Source: Tubiluchus corallicola (Eukaryota > Animalia > Priapulida). Taken from it: DNA of 64,000 nucleotides. The notes beneath the pieces were generated by a model. That model worked only from the letters and a program-made list of their open reading frames with translations. It made no database searches and had not been told where the DNA came from. This document shows, one piece after another, positions 37,025 through 48,000 of this stretch (positions within the stretch are counted from its first letter, which is position 1; the number at the start of each line of letters is the position of its first letter). The stretch lies in the NCBI GenBank assembly GCA_030141605.1, contig JAQGDQ010000464.1, positions 117,101 through 181,100 on the forward strand, in the 5' to 3' direction. The translations under genes were made by a program, and so were the position numbers.

Positions 37025-37469
37025 AAAATTTATAGGTTATGTTTATGAGCTGAGTCGTATAGTGGTAGTACTTGTTGGTGGATTATTGAGGAGGCCGCAG
37101 CCGTTTATTGACGTGAGGTGGTGACAAAGCTATAAGACCTGGATTGATGAGCGACTAACACATTTATTTCACAATAATATATTACATGGTAAAGTACATA
37201 TCATAGCTCTGCCGAACCGCCCAAGATCTGTTCCTGCTTCCTCGAGATTCCCCCGTGATCTGATCTCCCATTCCACTTGGCTTCCTTCAGCTTTTTGGAC
37301 TCACAGCGCATGCGTTATAATTGTTGCTGTCCATATATGGAATTCAGTCACATGACAGCCGCACCTAAAATCATGGCTTCATTTCTACATATCTCTCATA
37401 TCCCCTTCATAGAGTCGTTTCATTTCTGAACTGCTAATACTAATCATACAATTATCATCTTCTCTTTAC
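37022..37469 (-). repeat. 5' LTR of copy 1
   Basis: Direct repeat of 20709-21200, adjacent to the PBS. Confidence 0.93.
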
Positions 37470-37883
37470 GTATAGTGGTAGTACTTGTTGGTGGATTATT
37501 GAGGAGGCCGCAGCCGTTTATTGACGTGAGGTGGTGACAAAGCTATAAGACCTGGATTGATGAGCGACTAACACATTTATTTCACAATAATATATTACAT
37601 GGTAAAGTACATATCATAGCTCTGCCGAACCGCCCAAGATCTGTTCCTGCTTCCTCGAGATTCCCCCGTGATCTGATCTCCCATTCCACTTGGCTTCCTT
37701 CAGCTTTTTGGACTCACAGCGCATGCGTTATAATTGTTGCTGTCCATATATGGAATTCAGTCACATGACAGCCGCACCTAAAATCATGGCTTCATTTCTA
37801 CATATCTCTCATATCCCCTTCATAGAGTCGTTTCATTTCTGAACTGCTAATACTAATCATACAATTATCATCTTCTCTTTACT
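37470..37883 (-). repeat. 3' LTR of copy 2, lacking ~35 bp and fused directly to the preceding LTR
   Basis: Junction ...ctttac|gtatagtggt...; followed by the PPT. Confidence 0.9.
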
Positions 37884-39140
37884 CCTCTCTTCCTAGAAGG
37901 AAGTTAGTTCCCTCGGGGCTGGCAGATTAGATAATTTTAATATTATATCATCTGTCTAAAATACATGACCAATATGTGATTTAAGATATCTGATTTTTTA
38001 AATATGTGAGTAAAATATCCAGTTAAAATATCTAAGTAAAATATCTGATTTTAAAATATCTAATTAAAATATCTAGGCAATCCGAATGTCCTTGTGAGTA
38101 TGGAGGCACGAGGCTTGCTCGTCCTTATACTAAACTATACATTTACAACATTGATAACAGTAATATGGACAGGTGAGGTATACCGGTTAAATCTAGTATA
38201 GCAAGCAATTTTCCTTATCATGTTATCATCCTTAGTAAGTATAACTAGGCTAATGAGATATACAAATATTATTAAACACACAGTTGATACATACGTGTAA
38301 CATTTATCAGAGTTTCTAATATATATATGCAAACTATATAAGTAAGCGCACAATATACGAGTGTATAGGTCCAATCATGCAGTATACTATCCTAATCGAT
38401 TTTCTTTATCGTATCAACTATGCTATTGAGATATATATTTATAGGAGTAATTATATGAGTTCAACTGATATCATTTAAAATACCATTCCGAATACAAGTC
38501 AAGTCAGGATATAAATCATAAATTTACGTAAATCAAGGCAAAATAGATATATATATATATGTCATCAGCTATAAGTCATCAGCTTATAAATCATAAATTT
38601 ACGTAGATCAAGGCAAAATAGATATATATATATGTCATCAGCTATAAGTCATCAGCTGACAACCTGAATCATCAATCATTATACAATATAAATACACACG
38701 TCGTGCAAAATCAACATTATACTATCCAACATTTCATTTCGAAATACAGGAACACAACATTATTGGACGCATTTCAAAATATAAGTATACAACGTTATTC
38801 ATCATTTCATAATATACATACACAATCATTCATCTGACATCCTATATAAGTACACACGGTTGTTCAATATTTCATCATTTCATCCATAATATAAGTACAC
38901 AGTGTCATTCAATATCTTTCATTTGACATCATATATAAATACACACGGTTATTCAATATTATTCCTTTAGCATCATATTATTCATTGAACACACAATGTT
39001 ATTCATTTATTCATTGAATCTCCATGTTAAAATTGTATCAAAATGATCAAAATGTTGAACATTATTCTTATAAGTATACAGTAATGTTATTCATTTTTCA
39101 TAAAGTTCAAAATATAAGTATACAGTAATGTTATTCATTT

Positions 39141-39215
39141 TTCATTCATTCTCTTCCTCTGTCTGAAAACAAGTGTTTTGATCCAAATTGAGCTGAACAG
39201 ACTAGGCAGCTTTGT
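39141..39215 (-). pseudogene. Deletion remnant of the nuclear receptor ORF
   Basis: Only the last ~20 codons are joined via GAACAGACT to a few N-terminal bases. Confidence 0.9.
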
Positions 39216-40284
39216 TCTTGCACCATCAACATATGTTAGTCTAAGTGTTTCTTTTAAATTATATCGTCGACACAAATGTGTGGTTCTCCCATTAAGTGTT
39301 TAAAATAGTTCTGACAGCGCATAAAGTCCTGACAATTTATAAAGTCCTGACAATTTATAGTAGGTACAGTTGCTTGATTCACATTTTGCGAAACACGATG
39401 TTTAATCATCCTCATTGTTAAATATCGATCAAAGTACGGTTTAAAGTTAATTACACTCAACGGATATCTTCTAAAATATTTCGTATGCAGTAATTCTAAG
39501 ATAATAAACTGAGCTCCTTCATAATTTACGAGGCAGTAGGTTTTCCTGAAAGGTGGTTTTTGATATGTGTAAGTTGCTAATACTCGAATATTTAGTTTCA
39601 TATTTAGTTTCATTGCACTGATAAATGAAACGTAGAACGAAGTTATTTTTAATGCTGTTCACCGGAACAAAGTTTTCTTTGATGCTGTTCACCATATATC
39701 AACTAGGGCTCTGGTTTACACAATTTCAAAAAAATAGTTGTTCTGTAGTTTACGTAGACTAGTTCTAGAACGATTAGCAAACATTAGCAAAGACAGCTGC
39801 AAAGTTTGTTTACTACTATGATCACTGGCTTGGCTTGGCTGCGTCACTCGGTGTGTACGATGGATTTCCGTGCTGACTTCCGGCGGTCGATAGCTGTCTT
39901 GTTGAGATGAAGCCGGCTGGCTTCTTGCACGTGCTAGGCAGGGTTTTAAGGTTAAGGTAAAAAAGGAAAGAATGATATATGGAAAATAGGTTAAGGTATC
40001 CAATCATACTCATTATACAATTACTCATATATTATTCAAGGCAACATTTCAATTCTTCATCCCTTTTATTGTTTTCCCAGCAGTTCACATTTTCTTTCCC
40101 AGACTGCAAACAGTATTCCCGTTATTATTATGCAGAATACAAGTAGTGTCAAAAGTACGACTGTAATATACGCGCGACGTGATATAACTTCGTCGGTAGG
40201 GGGGTTAGACCGTAGCGTATTCATGCTGCAAAATGAAATATATCTATACATCACAAATTAGTGTTGAATCAAACATTGTATAAA

Positions 40285-40756
40285 TTATATGGGAGCGAAT
40301 TTATGAAAGAACTCGTTTTCCAATAAAGGGCGTTTCACAAGAACAAGAAGATCTGGTGGAAACGAAAATTCTGTCTGTGTCTGTTTAGTACAAACAGTGG
40401 GTGACAGTTTAGTTGTAGTAAAAACAATTTTTTCGCTGGGTTGACAAGTCAAGTCAGTCTGTGTGTCTTTGGAAGCAGCTGTTAACGAGTCTGGGATTGG
40501 TGGAAGTGGTGATTTTAAAAAGTGATATATTTCCTGGGGAGATAACGGAGTGTCTGGTGCGAGGGAAAAGGTTAAAGGCATAATTTGTTCAGTATCCTCA
40601 TAGGTGGAGTTGGATTGGGGCGTTTGGGGTGTCTCAGGTGTTGAAAGGTTACGAATCAAGTTATAATTGACTTCGTAGGTTTCGTTAAGTTCTTGTAGAA
40701 ATTTATCTATGCTGTCATCTATTTTCGAAAGGTGATCTTCGGCCTCGTGGGTAAAA
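40285..40756 (-). CDS. Accessory Pro/Thr/acidic ORF directly downstream of env (~156 codons, probably spliced)
   Basis: Strong acceptor tttatttcttttattctatag| ~30 nt after the env stop; frame FTHEAEDHLSKIDDSIDKFLQELNETYEVNYNLIRNLSTPETPQ... has no upstream ATG. Confidence 0.6.
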
Positions 40757-40784
40757 CTATAGAATAAAAGAAATAAACGAAGTT

Positions 40785-42903
40785 TTACTGTTCTTGAATG
40801 GAATGTAAAGACGGATATACGAAATCAACAGAATCGTTATTTGGGTTATAACGAACAATTGGTTCCCGTGGTTCGGGTTTTTTGATAAATTCCTTGGGAG
40901 GCTGGTATTGAGGAAGTCTATTACGGGTCATTGGGTTAGGGTGAAGTGTCATAGGCGGAGTATTGGGTTTGTTAGAATGGATACCGCGGGGTGGTTTAGC
41001 CTTGGTAGAAGTTGGTTTGGTGTTTATAAGACGGGGGCAACATGCTGTCTTAATTTTCGTACGACAAGTCACATAAATTATAATAAAGATTATAATAAGT
41101 GCTATAAATAAGTATGTTGTCAATGATGCACCCTTATGATTGGAAAAGTCAACCGGTTTGGTTTTGAATAATTCATCAGTGTGGTCCAAAAACTTCTGTC
41201 GTTTTAATAAGAGATTTTGACTACCTTTAATAGAAAAGTCAAGTGGTTCATCCTCTGTCATTCGTGACGGCAGAGCTTGCAGTGTTTGAAGTGTTCCTAT
41301 CGTAAAATTACTTCCTAATAAATCAACGTTCCAAGTGCTTAAATTAAGTGCCGTATCTAAGATTGTTTGGATGTCCGTTTGAGTTAAAGTAAGGTCTGAA
41401 TGATTCTTAAAATATATTGGTAGATTTGCATATTTAGAAGATAGGCCACACCCTGATTCTAACTGCAGGATCATCGGGTTCTTGATGGTGAGGGGGGTGC
41501 CAATCTTATGAGCCTGGCGGGGTACGTAACAAGATTTTATGGCTTGAATTTCAAAACTCGGGCTAATATAATAAGTATTCTCAGTTAGAGGTATAATAAC
41601 TGGTCCAAGTTTATTAATAATTCTTGCTCGTTGATCACAAAATAAATCTATTTTAATAGTGTCCTTGAAAAACAATGCCGCTGTACATGATTCTATTCTA
41701 TCTGCAGGAAAAATTGGCGTTGGTGCTAACTTACAGATACGTTTTGGGCTTTGAATACAAGCAAAGGCTTCATCTTTGGCTGGGAAAAAATATAGTGACT
41801 GCTCAATATTCGTAGCAATATACTGATGATCAATTTGGTTATATAGATAAACAGGTTTATTAATATTAGTTGATGTCCGACGGACTGGGATCGATATTGC
41901 TTCAAAAATTTGATAGATGTGATTGACATGATATAAATCTAATGTTGTTAGGATAGCAAACCCTCCGGGAATTTGAATAGGTAATGCCGACATTGTTTCG
42001 TAATAATAGAATAATTGATTATTTATATCGGCTGGAAATATTAGGCTCTGTGGTAGCTGGTCCTCAATTTGTTTAAGAGACTTTTGAAGGTGTATAGGGG
42101 TTATTAAAGTTGGGGGTAATTTATTAAGAATTAGTTGATGTAAACCTTGGGATAACGAATTCAATTCTTGATCAATGATTTCTAAGCTATAGATAAAGTG
42201 ATCAAACAGCAAATTTGTTTGCAAGAATGTAAACAATTTATGTTGAGTTTTAGTCAAGTCATCGGTAAACTGTTTTGACAGTTTGTTAATGTAATGTCGA
42301 GTTTGAACTGATGCGTTCACTAAGTCATAAATTAACTCTGTATTTCTAGCAGAGCGAATTAGCGAGCTATTGATAAGGGCTAGGTTATTTTCTAAAATAT
42401 CTTGCGTGTTTTGTTGCGTATTAAAGATACTCGTAATCTGATCTTGAAGATTTCGAAGATCTTCTTCACTCGCGGTTCCGATTAAAAATTTGAATGCCTT
42501 TCCTAGATTCGGAAAAATGCTTCGTTTGACGACGTGAGATTCATGGGCAGACGAGGCTATTAAATTCTTAATGGAATTTAAACGAAATTGTTGATTTCTG
42601 ATTCTATTTTTAATAGCAGTTTTAAAGGCTTTAATCACTGTGACAGGTTTTTTAATTAATCTTAATTGTTGAATTTCGGAAAGCGTTCTGGTGAGAAATT
42701 CTTGAATGTGGTCCAACTGTATCGGCGCAATAAGTAGCCATCTTGCATTAGAAACTGGAGTATTTAATTTCTGTTTAAATATAACCCCTGGGCCTGTTTT
42801 AAAGGGAGCTGGATTTGGGAATGATTGTAAGGAATTAGAGATGTACAGATTTAAGAATATTGCCAATATTAGGATTTTGTATAAAAGGTTTGTAGTACTG
42901 GTC
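40785..42903 (-). CDS. env: env main exon, copy 2 (uninterrupted, ~705 codons)
   Basis: Signal peptide LLYKILILAIFLNLYIS, KR|SIF fusion peptide, TM, Pro-rich cytoplasmic tail ending YPSL; acceptor ttttttttccag at 42904. Confidence 0.92.
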
Positions 42904-43007
42904 CTGGAAAAAAAATTCAAAAGGAATATTATTCAGGTTGTCCTATACAGATCGTTTCTATGACTCTAAATTAGTAAGGTTAGAATAAATTTAAGATAAA
43001 CTTACGT

Positions 43008-44682
43008 ATCAATGCACGTACACTCCCTGACCCCTACCCACAACCGAACGTCGAAACATTATTTAAAGAATTAAAAGGTGCTAGTATATTCTCCTCTCTA
43101 GATATGACAAATGCATATTTTCAGATACCAGTTGAACCCGACAGTCAACCTTTTACAAGCTTTGTCAGCCCGTATAGCTTATTCCAATTTACAAAAATGC
43201 CTTTTGGTTTGAAGAATGCACCAGCTACATTTTCCAGATTAGTAGACCGCCTTTCACGTGACTTAATAACACCCACGGGTAGGAGACGCTTAATTGCTTA
43301 TCTAGACGACCTTGTCTGTTGCAGTCCGGATATTGAAACCCTTTTTTCCGATTTAGAAGATTTATTTTTGAGATTACGGAAGGCAAATTTAAAATGCCGA
43401 CCCAGGAAATGTTTTTTCTTACAAAAATCTATTAAATATTTAGGCCACGTTTTGTCTGAACAAGGCATTGCCACAGATCCGGCAAAGGTGTTAGCTATTA
43501 AGAATGTTTCACCACCCACAGATATTAAAAAGCTAAGAACTTTTTTAGGTCTAGCCACTTATTATCGCAAATTCGTCAAAAATTTTGCGATAATAGCTGA
43601 ACCATTATTAATGTTATTAAGGAAAGAAAATTCGTTTAAATGGACACATTTACAACAAGAGGCTTTTGACAAACTGAAAACAGTTTTAACTGAAGCACCA
43701 ATCTTGAAATATCCGGAGACTAATACAGGTTATATTCTCCATACCGATAGTTCGAACTTTGGCATAGGCGCTGTTCTTTCGCAAGAAGATGCAGCTGGAA
43801 ATATCGGAGTGATCGCGTACATGTCGGAAACACTAAACAGCTCACAAAGATTATGGCCTACATTTCAAAAGGAAGCATACGCCATCGTAGCTAGCTTTAG
43901 AAAATTTAAAACATATCTATATAACGCGCCAAAAATCGATGTTTATACGGATCATGCACCGTTAATTTATTTGTTTACAGGTGCTAAATTAATGAATCAA
44001 TTACTGTCTCGATGGGTAGTTGAGCTATTACAGTATAATATTAATATTTATTACCAAAAAGGTTCAGAAAACACAGTTGCAGACGCGTTAAGTCGACTAC
44101 CTGCATGTCCAGATTTTATAGGAACGCTCCCAATATCCTTTAGGGATTTTCAACAACAGTTTCTACAATATAATTCGCCTGAAAGATTAGCAGAGAAATA
44201 TAAATACTTAGTAGATCAGAAATCTACTTCAGAGCGCAGTAAAGGTATTAAAACTACAGAGATGATTGCCCAAATCAGCCAACAAATGTCAGGTCAAACT
44301 GAATTAGAAAACTACTCAGATCAGACAATAATTAAAAAGGTACTACCTATAGAGGGTAACATTTTAGAAGAAAATATTTGGACAGGTGAAGACCCATTGT
44401 TAAACAGACCAACGGTCGAATCAGCTGGCAATGAAAACGCTCCAACTCAAATTCCATTACCAGCACAAGAAACCTCCTCATCGGACCACCCAGCCACTCA
44501 ATTAGAACAAGGTGAAACTGAACATGACCTGGACGAATTCGATGCATTACCTTTAGATCTAACGACAGTACAGCAATGGCAATTATCAGATCCTAAATTA
44601 GCACCAATTATTCATGCTTTAACCTCACCTACAGAAACTGATATTCAAACAAAACATGCAGAAAATTTCTACATTGATGAGC
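43008..44682 (+). pseudogene. pol: Inverted pol fragment (partial RT, RNase H, linker)
   Basis: Reverse complement of ~32056-33730 with few substitutions; lacks the RT N-terminus and integrase. Confidence 0.93.
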
Positions 44683-45001
44683 GACTAACACATTTATTTC
44701 ACAATAATATATTACATGGTAAAGTACATATCATAGCTCTGCCGAACCGCCCAAGATCTGTTCCTGCTTCCTCGAGATTCCCCCGTGATCTGATCTCCCA
44801 TTCCACTTGGCTTCCTTCAGCTTTTTGGACTCACAGCGCATGCGTTATAATTGTTGCTGTCCATATATGGAATTCAGTCACATGACAGCCGCACCTAAAA
44901 TCATGGCTTCATTTCTACATATCTCTCATATCCCCTTCATAGAGTCGTTTCATTACTGAACTGCTAATACTTAATCATACAATTATCATCTTCTCTTTAC
45001 T
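44673..45001 (-). repeat. Partial LTR
   Basis: Matches the LTR from ATTGATGAGC to the terminal TTTACT. Confidence 0.92.
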
Positions 45002-48000
45002 CACATCACACATCTCGTTAGAAGGCATCCACATCAAATTGTATTAATTTATTAAGATATCTAGATGAACTGCAGCATCTAGTCAAAACTCATTTAGAGC
45101 AGTCCCCGCCAGCCTAAAACATCTACTTCAAGTCTGAAGGCATTTACGTTTGATCGCAGTAATCTGTTGAGATCTACACAAATCCTGAAACTCCTAATAA
45201 GAATTCACTTAGAACAATCTGAAATATCTGACACGTACATTTAATTCTACTCAGCTATTGAGATATATAGACAAAACTACCAGCATCTAACCAGAATTCA
45301 TTTAGAGCAGGCCCAAACTTCTACAAGCCACCCGAAACTTCTAGTCAGAACTCACTCAGAGTAATCTCAAACATCTGGTCCTAAAACATCTGGTCAGAAC
45401 GCACTTAAAGTAATCTCTAGTATGTAGACAGATGAAATCCATTTCAAATCTCAGATACCTAGCCAGAGGACCAGTACAGCCAATATTAGGCAATGAGATG
45501 TGCGTCTGATAGAAAAATACACCGGTAGCTTCAATTAGCTTCTTAGAAGACATCAATGACCAAACCCAAGCATCTAGTAGGAAGTTTTAACCGTTTGGTA
45601 AGATGGCATCTATACGCAACCTAAAACATCGACATCATGTCTGAAGGCATTTACGTTTGATCGCAGTAATCTGTTGAGATCTACAGAAATCCCGAAACAC
45701 CTAATAAGAACTCACTTAGAGCAATCTGAAACATCTGACACGCACATCCAATTCTACTTATCTATTGAGATATATAGACAAAACTACAGCATCTAACCAG
45801 AATTCATTTACAGCAGGCCCAAACTTCTACAAACAACCCGAAACATCTAGTCAGAATTCACTCAGACTAATCTCAAACATCTGGGCAGAAGAAATGTAAT
45901 GCCCTTCAAGAGTACATGGCAGAAGGCTTCTACAGGGTGGAATGTTAAGCATCTGAACAGGGAAGTACACAGAATGCCTCAATTAGCTTGTTAGAAGACA
46001 CGCACACCTAAGCTTAAGCATATGATAGGAATATTCAACCGTTTGGTAAGATTCCATCTATACGCAACCTAAAGCATCTACATCAAGTCTGAAGGCATTT
46101 ACGTTTGATCGCAGTAATCTGTTGAGATCTACAGAAATCCTGAAACTCCTAATAAGAATTCACTTAGAAAATTCTGAAATATTTGACACGTAGATTCAAT
46201 TCTTCTCATCTATTGAGATATATAGTCAAAACTACAACATCTAACCAGAACTCATTTAGAGCAGTCCCAAACATCTAGTCAGAACTCACATAGAGCAATA
46301 TCAGACATGTAGGTAGAAACATCTAGTCAGAAGTCACTCAGACTAATCTCAAACATCTGGGCAGAAGAAATGTACATGGCAAAAGGCTTCTACAGGCAAT
46401 GCTAGGCAATGAGATGTGCGTCTGATAGAGAAATACACCGGCAGCCTCAATTAGCTTCTTAGAAGACACCAATGACCAAACCCAAGCATCTGGTAGAAAG
46501 ACTCAACCGTTTGGTAAAATGGCGTCTATTTTAGGCTGAAGGGCGCAGAATGCCTCAATTAGCTTGTTAAAAGACACGTACACCTAAACTTAAGCATATG
46601 ATAGGAATATTCAACCGTTTGGTAAGATGGCATCTATACGCAACCTAAAGCCTCTACATCAAGTCTGAAGGCATTTACGTTTGATCGCTGTAATCTGTTG
46701 AGATCAACAGAAATCCTGAAACTCCTAATAAGAATTCACTTAGAACAATCTGAAATATCTGGCATGTACATCCAATTCTACTCATCTATTGAGATATATA
46801 GACAAAACTACAACATCTAACCAGAACTCATTTAGAGCAGTCCCAAACATCTACAAACAACCCGAAACATCCAGTCAGAACTCACTCAAAGTAATCTCAA
46901 ACATCTGGGAGGAAGAAATGTACTGCCAATCAAAAGTATATGGCAGAAGACTTCTACAGGCAATGTTACGCATCTGGATAGGGAAATACACAGAATGCCT
47001 CAATTAGCTTGTTAGAAGACACGTACACCTAAGCTTAAGCATATGATAGGAATATTCAACCGTTTGGTAAGATTCCATCTATACGCAACCTAAAGCATCT
47101 ACATCAAGTCTGAAGGCATTTACGTTTGATCGCTGTAATCTGTTGAGAGCTACACAAATCCTGAAACTCCTAATAAGAATTCACTTAGAACAATCTGAAA
47201 TATCTGACACGTACATTTAATTCTACTCAGCTATTGAGATATATAGACAAAACAAGTCTGAAGGCATTTACGTTTGATCGCAGTAATCTGTTGAGATCTA
47301 CACAAATCCTGAAACTCCTAATAAGAATTCACTTAGAACAATCTGAAATATCTGACACGTACATTTAATTCTACTCAGCTATTGAGATATATAGACAAAA
47401 CTACCAGCATCTAACCAGAATTCATTTAGAGCAGGCCCAAACTTCTACAAGCCACCCGAAACTTCTAGTCAGAACTCACTCAGAGTAATCTCAAACATCT
47501 GGTCCTAAAACATCTGGTCAGAACGCCCTTAAAGCAATCTCTAGCATGTAGACAGATGAAATCCATTTCAAATCTCAGATACCTAGCCAGAGGACCAGTA
47601 CAGGCAATATTAGGCAATGAGATGTGCGTCTGATAGAAAAATACACCGGTAGCTTCAATTAGCTTCTTAGAAGACATCAATGACCAAACCCAAGCATCTA
47701 GTAGGAAGTTTTAACCGTTTGGTAAGATGGCATCTATACGCAACCTAAAACATCGACATCATGTCTGAAGGCATTTACGTTTGATCGCAGTAATCTGTTG
47801 AGATCTACAGAAATCCCGAAACACCTAATAAGAACTCACTTAGAGCAATCTGAAACATCTGACACGCACATCCAATTCTACTCATCTATTGAGATATATA
47901 GACAAAACTACAGCATCTAACCAGAATTCATTTACAGCAGGCCCAAACTTCTACAAACAACCCGAAACATCTAGTCAGAATTCACTCAGACTAATCTCAA

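Larger units (their letters stand above)
20709..37469 (-). mobile_element. Full-length ~16.8-kb env-bearing Ty3/gypsy (errantivirus-like) LTR element, copy 1
   Basis: Direct-repeat LTRs, PBS, PPT, gag, PR-RT-RH-IN order, F-type env and accessory ORFs, all on the minus strand. Confidence 0.95.
37470..45001 (-). mobile_element. Rearranged second copy of the element (3' region + env, inverted pol fragment, partial LTR)
   Basis: Near-identical to 20760-27424 with internal deletions; then plus-strand pol at 43008-44682 and an LTR fragment at 44673-45001. Confidence 0.9.

Noticed and set aside
43104-44885. 593-aa RT-RH-LTR fusion ORF as a domesticated gene
   Set aside because: It lacks the RT N-terminus including the first catalytic Asp, is almost identical to copy 1 pol, and simply reads through a rearrangement junction.
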